From positions 4,617 through 36,616 of the forward strand of contig WGMN01000001.1 in the NCBI GenBank assembly GCA_016125035.1: a stretch of DNA of 32,000 bases. The letters run 5' to 3'. The position numbers were made by a program, and so were the translations under genes. The DNA comes from Pseudomonadota bacterium. Lineage in GTDB: Bacteria > Pseudomonadota > Alphaproteobacteria > UBA2136 > UBA6156. Numbering within the stretch: position 1 is the first letter of the stretch; the number at the start of each line of letters is the position of its first letter. Shown here piece by piece: positions 1 through 6,536 of the stretch. The notes below the pieces were generated by a model. That model was not told the DNA's origin and searched no databases. It saw only the letters and a list, made by a program, of their open reading frames with translations.

Positions 1-99
1 CTTGAGCAGCTGGGGGTAGTCCTTACCGGCGAACCACAGGCTATCCCAGGTGCGGTTGATGCCGAGGCGCAGGCCGATTGGCTTGACTTTTTGACCCAT
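1..99 (-). CDS. rpsC: 30S ribosomal protein S3, N-terminal fragment (gene runs off the window start)
   Basis: The reverse complement of 1-99 reads [33 protein letters not shown], a canonical S3 N-terminus. The ATG (cat at 97-99) lies directly after the rplV stop, the expected S10-operon position. Confidence 0.9.
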   Translation of the reverse strand, partial: MGQKVKPIGLRLGINRTWDSLWFAGKDYPQLLK

Positions 100-101
100 G
101 G

Positions 102-584
102 TTATGCCTCCGTCTTTTCAGTTGCTTGTTCAGGTTTGGCTTCAGCCTTGGCGGTGGTGGCGGGCTTGGAAGCTTTGGCGGCTTTGGGAGCGGCGGCCTT
201 TTTTTCCACCTTGGGGGCGGCCTCGGAGACCACCACGGTGAGGTGGCAGCGCGGCTTGAGGATGGCACCGGCGCGGCCACGGGCGCGGGCGTGCCAGCGC
301 TTGAAGACCATGCCTTTATCGGCATAGGCCTGGGCAACGATAAGCTTATCGACGTTCAGGCCGTGGTTGTGCTCGGCATTGGCGATGGCCGATTGCAGCA
401 CCTTTTTGACCACCGGGGCCTGCTTTTTACGGCAGAAGGTGAGCTCGTTGAGCGCGCGCTCGACCGGCTTGCCGCGGATGAGATCCATGACCAGCTGGGC
501 CTTGGTGTAGCTGCCCTTGGTGTCGCGCAGCGCGGCAAAAGCCTCGTTGGCGGCGACCAGGCGGGGAGAGTTGGGTTTGCTCAT
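102..584 (-). CDS. rplV: 50S ribosomal protein L22 with Lys/Ala-rich C-terminal extension
   Basis: 160-aa ORF with L22-typical core ([23 protein letters not shown]...[21 protein letters not shown]). Synteny is rpsS-rplV-rpsC. The C-terminal tail is [30 protein letters not shown]. Confidence 0.95.
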   Translation of the reverse strand: MSKPNSPRLVAANEAFAALRDTKGSYTKAQLVMDLIRGKPVERALNELTFCRKKQAPVVKKVLQSAIANAEHNHGLNVDKLIVAQAYADKGMVFKRWHARARGRAGAILKPRCHLTVVVSEAAPKVEKKAAAPKAAKASKPATTAKAEAKPEQATEKTEA

Positions 585-597
585 GATGCGTTACCTC

Positions 598-900
598 TTA
601 CTTCTTGGCCGAGCTTGCAGCGGCTGCGGCGGCCAGGGTTTTCTTGTCCGGGTGGGCAATGAAGGTGCGCGTGGGAGCGAACTCACCCAGTTTGTGACCG
701 ATCATGTTGTCGGTGATCAGCACCGGAATGAACTTGTTGCCATTGTGCACCGCGAAGGTGATGCCGATGAAATCCGGCATGATGGTGGAACGGCGGGACC
801 AGGTCTTGATGACCTCCTTTTTGCCGCTGCCTTGAACCTTGGCCACTTTTTTGGCCAGGCTGCCATCCACGAAAGGACCTTTTTTGACGGAACGTGCCAT
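598..900 (-). CDS. rpsS: 30S ribosomal protein S19
   Basis: [12 protein letters not shown]...[29 protein letters not shown] is canonical S19. Synteny supports the call. Confidence 0.97.
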   Translation of the reverse strand: MARSVKKGPFVDGSLAKKVAKVQGSGKKEVIKTWSRRSTIMPDFIGITFAVHNGNKFIPVLITDNMIGHKLGEFAPTRTFIAHPDKKTLAAAAAASSAKK

Positions 901-918
901 GTTTTGCTCTCCCTAATC

Positions 919-1752
919 CTAGCGTTTGCTGTTGCGGCGACGGATGATCATCCGGCTGCTCGGCTTACGGCGGTTGCGTGTTTTGGTACCCTTGGTGCCC
1001 TTACCCCACGGCGTGACCGGGTGACGGCCGCCGGAGGATTTACCCTCACCACCACCGTGCGGGTGGTCGACCGGGTTCATCACCACACCACGGACGGAGG
1101 GGCGCTTGCCCAGCCAGCGCGTGCGGCCGGCCTTACCGATCTGGGTGTTCATGTTATCCGGGTTGCTGACCGAACCGATGGTGGCGAGGCAGGCCTCGTG
1201 CACCAGGCGGACTTCGCCAGACGGCAGGCGCAGCTGGATGTAGGCGCCGTCCTTACCCGCGACCTGCACAGAGGAGCCGGCGGAACGGGCCATCTGGCCG
1301 CCGCGACCAGCCTTGAGCTCCACATTGTGGACCACGGTGCCGACCGGAATGTTTTTGAGCGGAAGCGCGTTGCCGGGCTGGATTTCAGCCTGCGGGCCGG
1401 ACATGACCGTATCGCCGCCCTTGAGCTTTTGCGGGGCGAGGATGTAGGCTTTTTCGCCGTCCTTATATTCAATAAGGGCGATGAAGCCGGAGCGGTTGGG
1501 ATCGTACTCCAGGCGGATGACCTTGGCCGGAACGCCGAACTTGGTGCGCTTGAAATCGATGATGCGCAGGCGGCGCTTGTGCCCGCCGCCGCGTTGCCAC
1601 GAGGTGATGCGGCCGCGGTTGTTACGCCCGCCGGTGCCGGACAACGGCTCGGTCAGCGAACGCTCCGGGGAGCCTTTCCACAGCTCGGAACGGTCGACCG
1701 TGATGAGCTGGCGGCGGCCGGCGGAGGTGGGGTTGTGGGTTTTAAGGGCCAT
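919..1752 (-). CDS. rplB: 50S ribosomal protein L2
   Basis: 277 aa containing [19 protein letters not shown] and [15 protein letters not shown]2 hallmarks. Confidence 0.98.
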   Translation of the reverse strand: MALKTHNPTSAGRRQLITVDRSELWKGSPERSLTEPLSGTGGRNNRGRITSWQRGGGHKRRLRIIDFKRTKFGVPAKVIRLEYDPNRSGFIALIEYKDGEKAYILAPQKLKGGDTVMSGPQAEIQPGNALPLKNIPVGTVVHNVELKAGRGGQMARSAGSSVQVAGKDGAYIQLRLPSGEVRLVHEACLATIGSVSNPDNMNTQIGKAGRTRWLGKRPSVRGVVMNPVDHPHGGGEGKSSGGRHPVTPWGKGTKGTKTRNRRKPSSRMIIRRRNSKR

Positions 1753-1764
1753 GGGGTTGTCTCC

Positions 1765-2079
1765 TTACTTCACGCCGGCCATGAGGTCGAGGCTCTGGCC
1801 GCTTTTGAGTTGGATGAAGGCTTTTTTAACGTCGCCACGTTGGCCGGCGCGGCCTTTGAAGCCACGGGCCTTGCCCTTTTGGATGAGCGTGTTGACGCGA
1901 GTGACTTCCACACCGTAGAGGCGCTGCATGGCCTCTTTGATTTCCGGCTTGGTGGCGCCCGGCGCGACCTCGAAGGCCAGCCAGTTGCCGGCTTCGGCGA
2001 CCTTGCTGGTTTTCTCGGTGACCAGGGGGCGGACCAGCACCTGGTAGTGCTTTTCAGCGGGAGCGGTTTTGCTGCTCAT
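1765..2079 (-). CDS. rplW: 50S ribosomal protein L23
   Basis: 104 aa, YQVLVRPLVTEKTS...TRVNTL...KKAFIQL pattern. It sits between rplD and rplB. Confidence 0.93.
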   Translation of the reverse strand: MSSKTAPAEKHYQVLVRPLVTEKTSKVAEAGNWLAFEVAPGATKPEIKEAMQRLYGVEVTRVNTLIQKGKARGFKGRAGQRGDVKKAFIQLKSGQSLDLMAGVK

Positions 2080-2083
2080 GGGG

Positions 2084-2782
2084 TTACTCCTTCACCTTGG
2101 TAGTTTTTTTGGCGGCGGGCTTGGCGGCCTTGGCAGCCTTGGCGGCGGGCTTGGCCTTTTCTTCAGTGCCGAGGCGCGCGCTGAGCATTTCCACCGCCTT
2201 GCTGGTGATGACCAGCTTTTCATGGTGGAGAATATCGTAGACGTTGGCGCCGGAGGTGGGGATGACCTTGACCAGCGGCAGGTTGCGGCTGGCGCGGTCG
2301 AAGTTGGTGTCTACGCTATCGATAATGAAGGTGGCGTTGAGGGCGCCGAGCTTTTCAAGGCTCTTGGCCAGATCTTTGGTTTTGGCGGACTTGACGGCGG
2401 CCTCATCGATGATGATCAGGTTTTTGCCGGCAGCCTTGGAAGACAGCGCGGTTTTGAGCGCCAGCATGCGGACCTTTTTGGGCAGGCTGGTGGAGAAATC
2501 ACGCGGGCGGGGACCAAACACCACGCCACCGCCGACGAACAGGCTGGGCGACTTGGCGCCGTGGCGGGCTCCGCCGGTTTTTTTCTGGGCGTAGACCTTC
2601 TTCTTGGAGCGGTCGATCTCGCCGCGGGTGAGGGTGTTGGCCAGACCGGCGCGGCGGGCATCGAGCTGCCAGTTGACGGCGCGTTGCAGCAGGTCGGCGC
2701 GCACTTCCACGCCGAACACGGCCGGGGAAAGCGCGAGCGAACCGCTCTTTTTGCCTTCCAGGGTGAGGATGTCGAAGTTCAT
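2084..2782 (-). CDS. rplD: 50S ribosomal protein L4 with Lys/Ala-rich C-terminal tail
   Basis: 232 aa with an L4-like core (QKKTGGARHGAKSPSLFVGGGVVFGPRPRDF). The tail is EEKAKPAAKAAKAAKPAAKKTTKVKE. Synteny supports the call. Confidence 0.95.
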   Translation of the reverse strand: MNFDILTLEGKKSGSLALSPAVFGVEVRADLLQRAVNWQLDARRAGLANTLTRGEIDRSKKKVYAQKKTGGARHGAKSPSLFVGGGVVFGPRPRDFSTSLPKKVRMLALKTALSSKAAGKNLIIIDEAAVKSAKTKDLAKSLEKLGALNATFIIDSVDTNFDRASRNLPLVKVIPTSGANVYDILHHEKLVITSKAVEMLSARLGTEEKAKPAAKAAKAAKPAAKKTTKVKE

Positions 2783-2801
2783 TTTCCTGATTCCCTTTTA
2801 A

Positions 2802-3464
2802 TTACTTAGCCGAAGCTTGTTTGGTTTTGGCGGCGTCGCGCACAACGATGAAACCGCCCTTGGCGCCTGGCACGCTGCCGCGCAGCAGGATGAGGCCTTG
2901 CTCGTCATCCACGCGCACCACTTCCAGGTTTTGGGTGGTGACGTTCTCGTTGCCGTAGTGGCCGGCCATCTTCTTGTTTTTGAAGACGCGGCCCGGATCC
3001 TGGCGTTGACCGGTGGAACCGTGGGAACGGTGGGAAATGGAGTTACCGTGGGTGGCACGGCCGCCGCCGAAGTTCCAGCGGAACATGACACCGGTAAAGC
3101 CGCGGCCTTTGGTGACACCGGCGACATCCACCAGCTGGCCGGCCTTGAAGTGGCTGGGCTTGAGCTCGGTGCCGATGGCGGGCAATTCGCCGGCGGGAAC
3201 GCGGAATTCCACCAGCTTTTGCTTGGGCTCGACGCCAGCCTTTTTGAAGTGGCCGAGCTCGGGGCGGGCAACGCGGGAGGCCTTTTTGGCAAAGCCGCCG
3301 ACCTGGAGGGCGGAGTAGCCTTCCTTCTCTACGGTGCGTTGGGCGATGATCTGGAGGCCTTCGACCTGCAGCACGGTGACCGGGATGTGGCGACCGTCTT
3401 CAGCGAAAATACGGGTCATGCCGACCTTTTTGGCGAGCAGGCCGTGACGGGAAGTGTTAGGCAT
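2802..3464 (-). CDS. rplC: 50S ribosomal protein L3
   Basis: L3 core ([13 protein letters not shown]...GHFKKAG...[17 protein letters not shown]). I place the start at the MPNTSRHG Met (3464) because GGGAGGA lies about 9 nt upstream. The ORF-track start at 3503 would overlap rpsJ. Confidence 0.93.
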   Translation of the reverse strand: MPNTSRHGLLAKKVGMTRIFAEDGRHIPVTVLQVEGLQIIAQRTVEKEGYSALQVGGFAKKASRVARPELGHFKKAGVEPKQKLVEFRVPAGELPAIGTELKPSHFKAGQLVDVAGVTKGRGFTGVMFRWNFGGGRATHGNSISHRSHGSTGQRQDPGRVFKNKKMAGHYGNENVTTQNLEVVRVDDEQGLILLRGSVPGAKGGFIVVRDAAKTKQASAK

Positions 3465-3480
3465 ATCAGTGTCCTCCCGC

Positions 3481-3804
3481 TTAAAGCTTGATTTGCACGT
3501 CAACGCCGGAAGCGAGGTCGAGCTTCATCAGCGCATCGATGGTTTGCGGGGTGGGATCGAGGATCTCCAGCACGCGCTTGTGGGTGCGCATCTCGAAGTG
3601 CTCGCGCGACTTCTTGTCGATGTGGGGGGAGCGCAGCACGCAGAAACGCTCGATGTTGGTGGGCAGCGGAATGGGCCCTTGCACCTTGGCGCCGGTGCGC
3701 TTGGCGGTTTCTACGATCTCGATGGTGGATTTATCGAGCATGCGGTAATCGTACGATTTCAACCGGATGCGGATGTTCTGCGCGGCTTCGACGGGCGTGG
3801 CCAT
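3481..3804 (-). CDS. rpsJ: 30S ribosomal protein S10
   Basis: [39 protein letters not shown]...RTHKRVLEI is canonical S10. The start is taken at [10 protein letters not shown] (3804), preceded by GGGAGGAATCCTTCGCC. The longer ORF-track N-terminus is not S10-like. Confidence 0.95.
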   Translation of the reverse strand: MATPVEAAQNIRIRLKSYDYRMLDKSTIEIVETAKRTGAKVQGPIPLPTNIERFCVLRSPHIDKKSREHFEMRTHKRVLEILDPTPQTIDALMKLDLASGVDVQIKL

Positions 3805-3857
3805 GGCGAAGGATTCCTCCCTTTGGTGCGTGCCCGAATGCCGAACGGGTAGAGGCG

Positions 3858-3905
3858 CCTTATTAACACAATAAGCCAAACCCTTGATAAGCCTTGGGTT
3901 TGGCT
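3858..3905 (-). promoter_or_regulatory. Hairpin plus U-rich tract in the rpsJ 5' leader (possible attenuator)
   Basis: The minus strand reads AGCCAAACCC-12 nt loop-GGGTTTGGCT, a perfect 10-bp stem (3874-3905), followed by TATTGTGTTAATAA. It lies between the predicted promoter (3966-3994) and the rpsJ SD. Confidence 0.35.
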
Positions 3906-3965
3906 GGACCGATAGGTGGCATTTTTCCGGTCCGAAATACAGCCCTGCAGTGCAGGTGTGGGCGC

Positions 3966-3994
3966 GGTATAGGGCGGATGGCGGGGAGTGTCAA
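3966..3994 (-). promoter_or_regulatory. Predicted sigma70-type promoter of the S10 operon
   Basis: Minus strand: TTGACA (3994-3989), 17-nt spacer CTCCCCGCCATCCGCCC, TATACC (3971-3966), then GC-rich discriminator GCGCCC. The extended -35 context CCCTTGACACTCCCC is identical to that of the rpoB promoter. Confidence 0.6.
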
Positions 3995-4040
3995 GGGAAA
4001 AGGGGCGGAAATGTTGGCGTGGCGGAGAGGTGCTGCGGCG

Positions 4041-4136
4041 CAGGCGGCAAAAGGCGGCGAAACGCTGCGGTGGGGCGGCAGAAAAGCGGCAAAAAGCGGC
4101 GAAAGGGCGGCAAGGGCGGGGCAAAAGCGGCGGAAC
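4041..4136. repeat. Degenerate ~10-bp tandem repeat (RGCGGCRAAA) giving helically phased A-tracts
   Basis: The region reads aggcggcaaa aggcggcgaaa ... gggcggcagaaa agcggcaaaa agcggcgaaa gggcggcaa gggcggggcaaa agcggcggaa. A-run centres lie near 4050, 4061, 4083, 4093, 4103, 4112, 4124 and 4134. Confidence 0.6.
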
Positions 4137-4137
4137 A

Positions 4138-4230
4138 CTGCGACAGCAGCAGGCCGCATGCGAGGAGCGTGGACCTGCGTCGTGCTTGCGAGGGCCGGGC
4201 CCGCGACGGTGCTATGGCCGGAGGCCAAAA
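4138..4230 (+). repeat. Copy A of a ~92-bp imperfect direct repeat (conserved ends, variable core)
   Basis: The 5' block ctgcgAcagcagcaggccgcatgcgagg (4138-4165) and 3' block ggtgctatggccggaggcca (4208-4227) recur at 4643-4669 and 4711-4730. Confidence 0.7.
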
Positions 4231-4441
4231 CTCTGGCGTTGACTGTTGGCGCAGAAACCCGATAGTTAAGCCGTGGCGAAAGCCATGGGGCGTAGAAACC
4301 TCTAGACAAGCCAACCCGTGTGTCGGGGAGGCGGTTAATATAACAAGCTGCGAGGCTGAATAGCCGCGCCATTGTCTAGATGGTTCTAACTCCCCGGCTC
4401 TCTCTTGAGGGCCGTTGTTTTTAACAACAAGGGAGATGATT

Positions 4442-4546
4442 ATGAGAGATTGGTGCTGGCTTTTGACACGGCGGGCGGTGGTGGGGATTTTGGTGATGTT
4501 GGGGTTTTGGTGTGTGGTGGCGGGGGTGGTTTGGGTTTGGTGGTGA
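4442..4546 (+). CDS. Candidate small hydrophobic peptide (34 aa, MRDWCWLLTRRAVVGILVMLGFWCVVAGVVWVWW)
   Basis: ATG at 4442 is preceded by AAGGGAG with a 7-nt spacer. The product has a positively charged N-terminus followed by one Trp/Val/Gly-rich TM-like helix, with TGA at 4544-4546. It is below the ORF-track size cutoff and no promoter was identified. Confidence 0.3.
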   Translation: MRDWCWLLTRRAVVGILVMLGFWCVVAGVVWVWW

Positions 4547-4642
4547 GGCCCCATAGACGGTGCGACGGAGTGAACGGGGGGCGGGGGGCGGTAGCCCCCA
4601 GCATCAAAGGGGGGATTGGGGGGAACCCCCACGAGGCCGTCG

Positions 4643-4733
4643 CTGCGCAGCAGCAGGCCGCATGCGAGGCCAGCCGTTTTGCCAGACGAAGGCGGCAAAA
4701 CGGCTAGGCCGGTGCTATGGCCGGAGGCCACAA
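4643..4733 (+). repeat. Copy B of the ~92-bp imperfect direct repeat
   Basis: It shares both end blocks with copy A. The core forms a 16-bp stem (GGCCAGCCGTTTTGCC / GGCAAAACGGCT(A)GGCC, 4668-4710) that is absent from copy A. Confidence 0.7.
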
Positions 4734-4757
4734 TACGGCTTAGAGGCCACATTTCGC

Positions 4758-4786
4758 TTGACTTTTGCCACAAGTTCACCTATGAA
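4758..4786 (+). promoter_or_regulatory. Predicted sigma70-type promoter of the plus-strand cassette
   Basis: TTGACT (4758-4763), 17-nt spacer, TATGAA (4781-4786), about 70 nt upstream of the 4855 ATG. A weak 5-bp hairpin plus T6 (4798-4816) lies in the leader. Confidence 0.5.
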
Positions 4787-4854
4787 TTGTCATAGTCGCC
4801 GCGAGGTGGCTTTTTTGTTGGAATCAGTGCAACTGGCGGTGGTAGAGTGGCTTC

Positions 4855-5412
4855 ATGAAGAAGGTGATGGTGCTTGGTTTGGTGGTGGCCGCGCAGGTGG
4901 GGTGGGCGGATACACCGTTGGATATCAAGTACGGTGCCAATGAGATAGACCTGAATAACGACGGCGTGAAGGACCTGATTGTGCGGGTGCGGTGGGATAA
5001 CTTGAATGCGCACTCGTTTGATAAGTACCTGGTGGCCTTGCGGCTTGGAAAAGAAAGCGGGGAAGAGCCGGTTCTTTACGACGTGCCAATTGGAAAGAGC
5101 GCCGGTTATGACCATCCCTTGCTGATGACCGAAGAAGCGGCGGATTGCGCCACTAAAGATGATAAAACCATTCACCTTGGGTACATGTTTAGCCTTGATA
5201 AACGCGGCTACTTGCAGATTACGGAGTTTAACCGGATTGAGAAGGAGCCCGCGGATAACTACCCGGTTGAAGTAACAACCTACCGGTTAACCCATGCGGG
5301 GGTGGATAAGGAAATTGGGGTTTTGCCAGGTGATCCGATTTGGTATTTGAAAGAAGTGAAGGAGGTGAGGGCTCAGCGCAGGGTATGTGATGTGAGAGAG
5401 TTGATGAGGTAG
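4855..5412 (+). CDS. Secreted protein of unknown function (signal peptide; DxNxDGxxD motif)
   Basis: 185 aa. The N-terminus MKKVMVLGLVVAAQVGWA/DT looks like an SPase I signal. IDLNNDGVKDLIV resembles FG-GAP/EF-hand-like Ca-binding loops. There are two Cys in the mature part. GC is visibly lower than in the flanks. Confidence 0.8.
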   Translation: MKKVMVLGLVVAAQVGWADTPLDIKYGANEIDLNNDGVKDLIVRVRWDNLNAHSFDKYLVALRLGKESGEEPVLYDVPIGKSAGYDHPLLMTEEAADCATKDDKTIHLGYMFSLDKRGYLQITEFNRIEKEPADNYPVEVTTYRLTHAGVDKEIGVLPGDPIWYLKEVKEVRAQRRVCDVRELMR

Positions 5413-5424
5413 TTGGTTAAGATC

Positions 5425-5453
5425 AACGGGCGGGCCGGGTGGCCCGTTTTTTT
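5425..5453 (+). terminator. Intrinsic terminator-like hairpin between cassette genes 1 and 2
   Basis: CGGGCC-gggt-GGCCCG (5431-5446), or alternatively AACGGGC...GCCCGTT, followed by T7 (5447-5453). It lies 13 nt after the gene-1 stop and just before the gene-2 SD (GGGGAGG). Confidence 0.6.
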
Positions 5454-5469
5454 ATGGGGAGGTAAAGAG

Positions 5470-6120
5470 ATGGTTCAGTTTAAGTGGCACACCGCAGGCT
5501 CGGATACATGCTTTAAGTGTGCGAGGTGGGAGGCGCGCATTTTCAAAAATTTGGGGGAGGTTCCCGAATTGCCGGTGCATCCGAATTGCCAATGTTTTAT
5601 TGAAGCTTTGACTGAGGACGACCTCAAGAAACTGGCGGAGGTGGGCAGACAATTGGAAGCGGGCTCGGCGGAAGTGGAGGAAGGGATAGCCCAATTCTCT
5701 CTTTACAGTGGCCTTTCCTATCTTCTGGAGCGCTTGGTTTCAGCCGCAAAAGAGCTTTTGGGAGAGCTTTTACAGATAAGCCAGACGTTTGAGATATTTC
5801 GGCAGAACTATGACGCCATGAAAAAAGCAAACACCATCGGAGCCGACAAATACTTTCACTCCAAGGCAAATGCCGAGGCGGCGCAACTGGGGGTAATAGG
5901 CGAAGCGACAGCGAAGTTTATAAGTGATTTCAGAGAGTTTTATGAGTACTATACGAATGTTCACCTTAAGGGGATGTCTTTAAAAGCTACGATTGAAGAC
6001 ATGAACGCCGACCAGCGGGCAAACTACAGGGGACGGGTGAGAGGGCGTCAGTTTCCTGACCGTGATGCCGGTGAACTGGTTAAAGACCAACGACCGAATG
6101 GATTGGGTGAGAAATACTGA
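5470..6120 (+). CDS. Fusion protein: MuF/SPP1-gp7-type zinc knuckle (N-terminal) + helical linker + serum amyloid A (SAA)-like domain (C-terminal)
   Basis: The start is taken at MVQFKWH (ATG 5470), 8 nt after GGGGAGG. The N-terminus is WHTAGSDTCFKCARWEARIFKNLGEVPELPVHPNCQC. The C-terminus NYDAMKKANTIGADKYFHSKANAEAAQLGVIGEATAKFISDFRE...ADQRANYRGR...RPNGLGEKY* matches human SAA1 motifs [25 protein letters not shown]...ISDARE...ADQAANEWGR...RPAGLPEKY*. Confidence 0.85.
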   Translation: MVQFKWHTAGSDTCFKCARWEARIFKNLGEVPELPVHPNCQCFIEALTEDDLKKLAEVGRQLEAGSAEVEEGIAQFSLYSGLSYLLERLVSAAKELLGELLQISQTFEIFRQNYDAMKKANTIGADKYFHSKANAEAAQLGVIGEATAKFISDFREFYEYYTNVHLKGMSLKATIEDMNADQRANYRGRVRGRQFPDRDAGELVKDQRPNGLGEKY

Positions 6121-6476
6121 TGTCTAGACTTCTGGCGCATGTGGCCCGTGTGGTTGCCGTGGTGATGCTGGCTGCCTATTTGCTCCTGCTGGTGCATATT
6201 CCCCTGTTGGCGGGAGAGCCGAATTGGGTGCTGGGAACATGGCTCGGCATCGGAGTGGCTGTGCTGGGGGTGGGATGTTGGCTTGTTTATGCCTTTTCAT
6301 GGCGCAAGTTTGCCGTGTGGTCGGTTCTGGTAATAGCAATGCACGGAATGGTTTGGTGGGTGCCCGCAGTGAGGGGTCCTTTCGCCCACGATTCATGTCT
6401 GGACAGAGGCGGGAAGTGGTATGCGGATGGAACTTGCGAAGGAGCACGGATGCCTTCCCCGAGCACCACCCCCTAG
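6120..6476 (+). CDS. Small integral membrane protein (about 3 TM helices plus Cys-containing C-terminal tail), translationally coupled to the SAA-like gene
   Basis: 118 aa. The start ATG overlaps the upstream TGA (TGATG at 6118-6122). There are three hydrophobic segments, then HDSCLDRGGKWYADGTCEG. Confidence 0.7.
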   Translation: MSRLLAHVARVVAVVMLAAYLLLLVHIPLLAGEPNWVLGTWLGIGVAVLGVGCWLVYAFSWRKFAVWSVLVIAMHGMVWWVPAVRGPFAHDSCLDRGGKWYADGTCEGARMPSPSTTP

Positions 6477-6498
6477 AGGGAAGCTGGGGTTAAAAAGC

Positions 6499-6519
6499 AA
6501 GGGGCCCATGAGGCCCCTT
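6499..6519. terminator. Bidirectional terminator hairpin between the cassette and rpoC
   Basis: AAGGGGCC-catga-GGCCCCTT, a perfect 8-bp stem. On the minus strand it is followed by GCTTTTTAAC, downstream of the rpoC stop at 6537. Confidence 0.6.
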
Positions 6520-6536
6520 CCCTTTCCGATTCAGCG

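Noticed and set aside
4380-4400. tRNA T-arm-like string (atggttctaactccccgg) and an RNase-P-like string (gcagaaacccgatag, about 4250-4265) in the non-coding region.
   Set aside because: There are no complementary acceptor or T stems, no anticodon arm, and none of the conserved RNase P, tmRNA, SRP or 6S cores that I can recognise. The resemblance is limited to a few nucleotides.
4463-4491. Perfect TTGACA hexamer on the plus strand at 4463-4468.
   Set aside because: The sequence 17-18 nt downstream (gatttt / attttg) is a poor -10. The hexamer lies inside the candidate 34-aa ORF, so it is probably fortuitous.
3991-4779. 262-aa minus-strand ORF, plus overlapping ORFs at 3759-4124, 3863-4372, 3884-4363, 3894-4265, 3988-4242, 4405-4707 and 4560-4943, all covering the non-coding region between rpsJ and the cassette.
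   Set aside because: The products are Pro/Arg/Ala/Gly-rich low-complexity sequences. The ORFs run straight through the predicted rpsJ promoter, the phased A-tract repeat and both ~92-bp repeat copies. The 262-aa ORF starts at a GTG inside the cassette promoter with no SD. Repeats and regulatory DNA explain the region better.
5413-5469. ORF-track start (MVKINGRAGWPVFLWGGKE...) for the SAA-like gene, immediately after the gene-1 stop.
   Set aside because: This 19-codon extension is simply the terminator hairpin and T-run (5425-5453) read as protein. The ATG at 5470 has a proper GGGGAGG SD, and the MuF-type motif begins right after it.
4855-6476. Calling the cassette a prophage remnant or mobile element because of the MuF-type motif and low GC.
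   Set aside because: No integrase, transposase, terminal inverted repeats, att-like tRNA junction or other phage structural genes are visible. Only a ~40-aa MuF-type knuckle is present, so I report it as a cassette of probable foreign origin rather than a mobile element.
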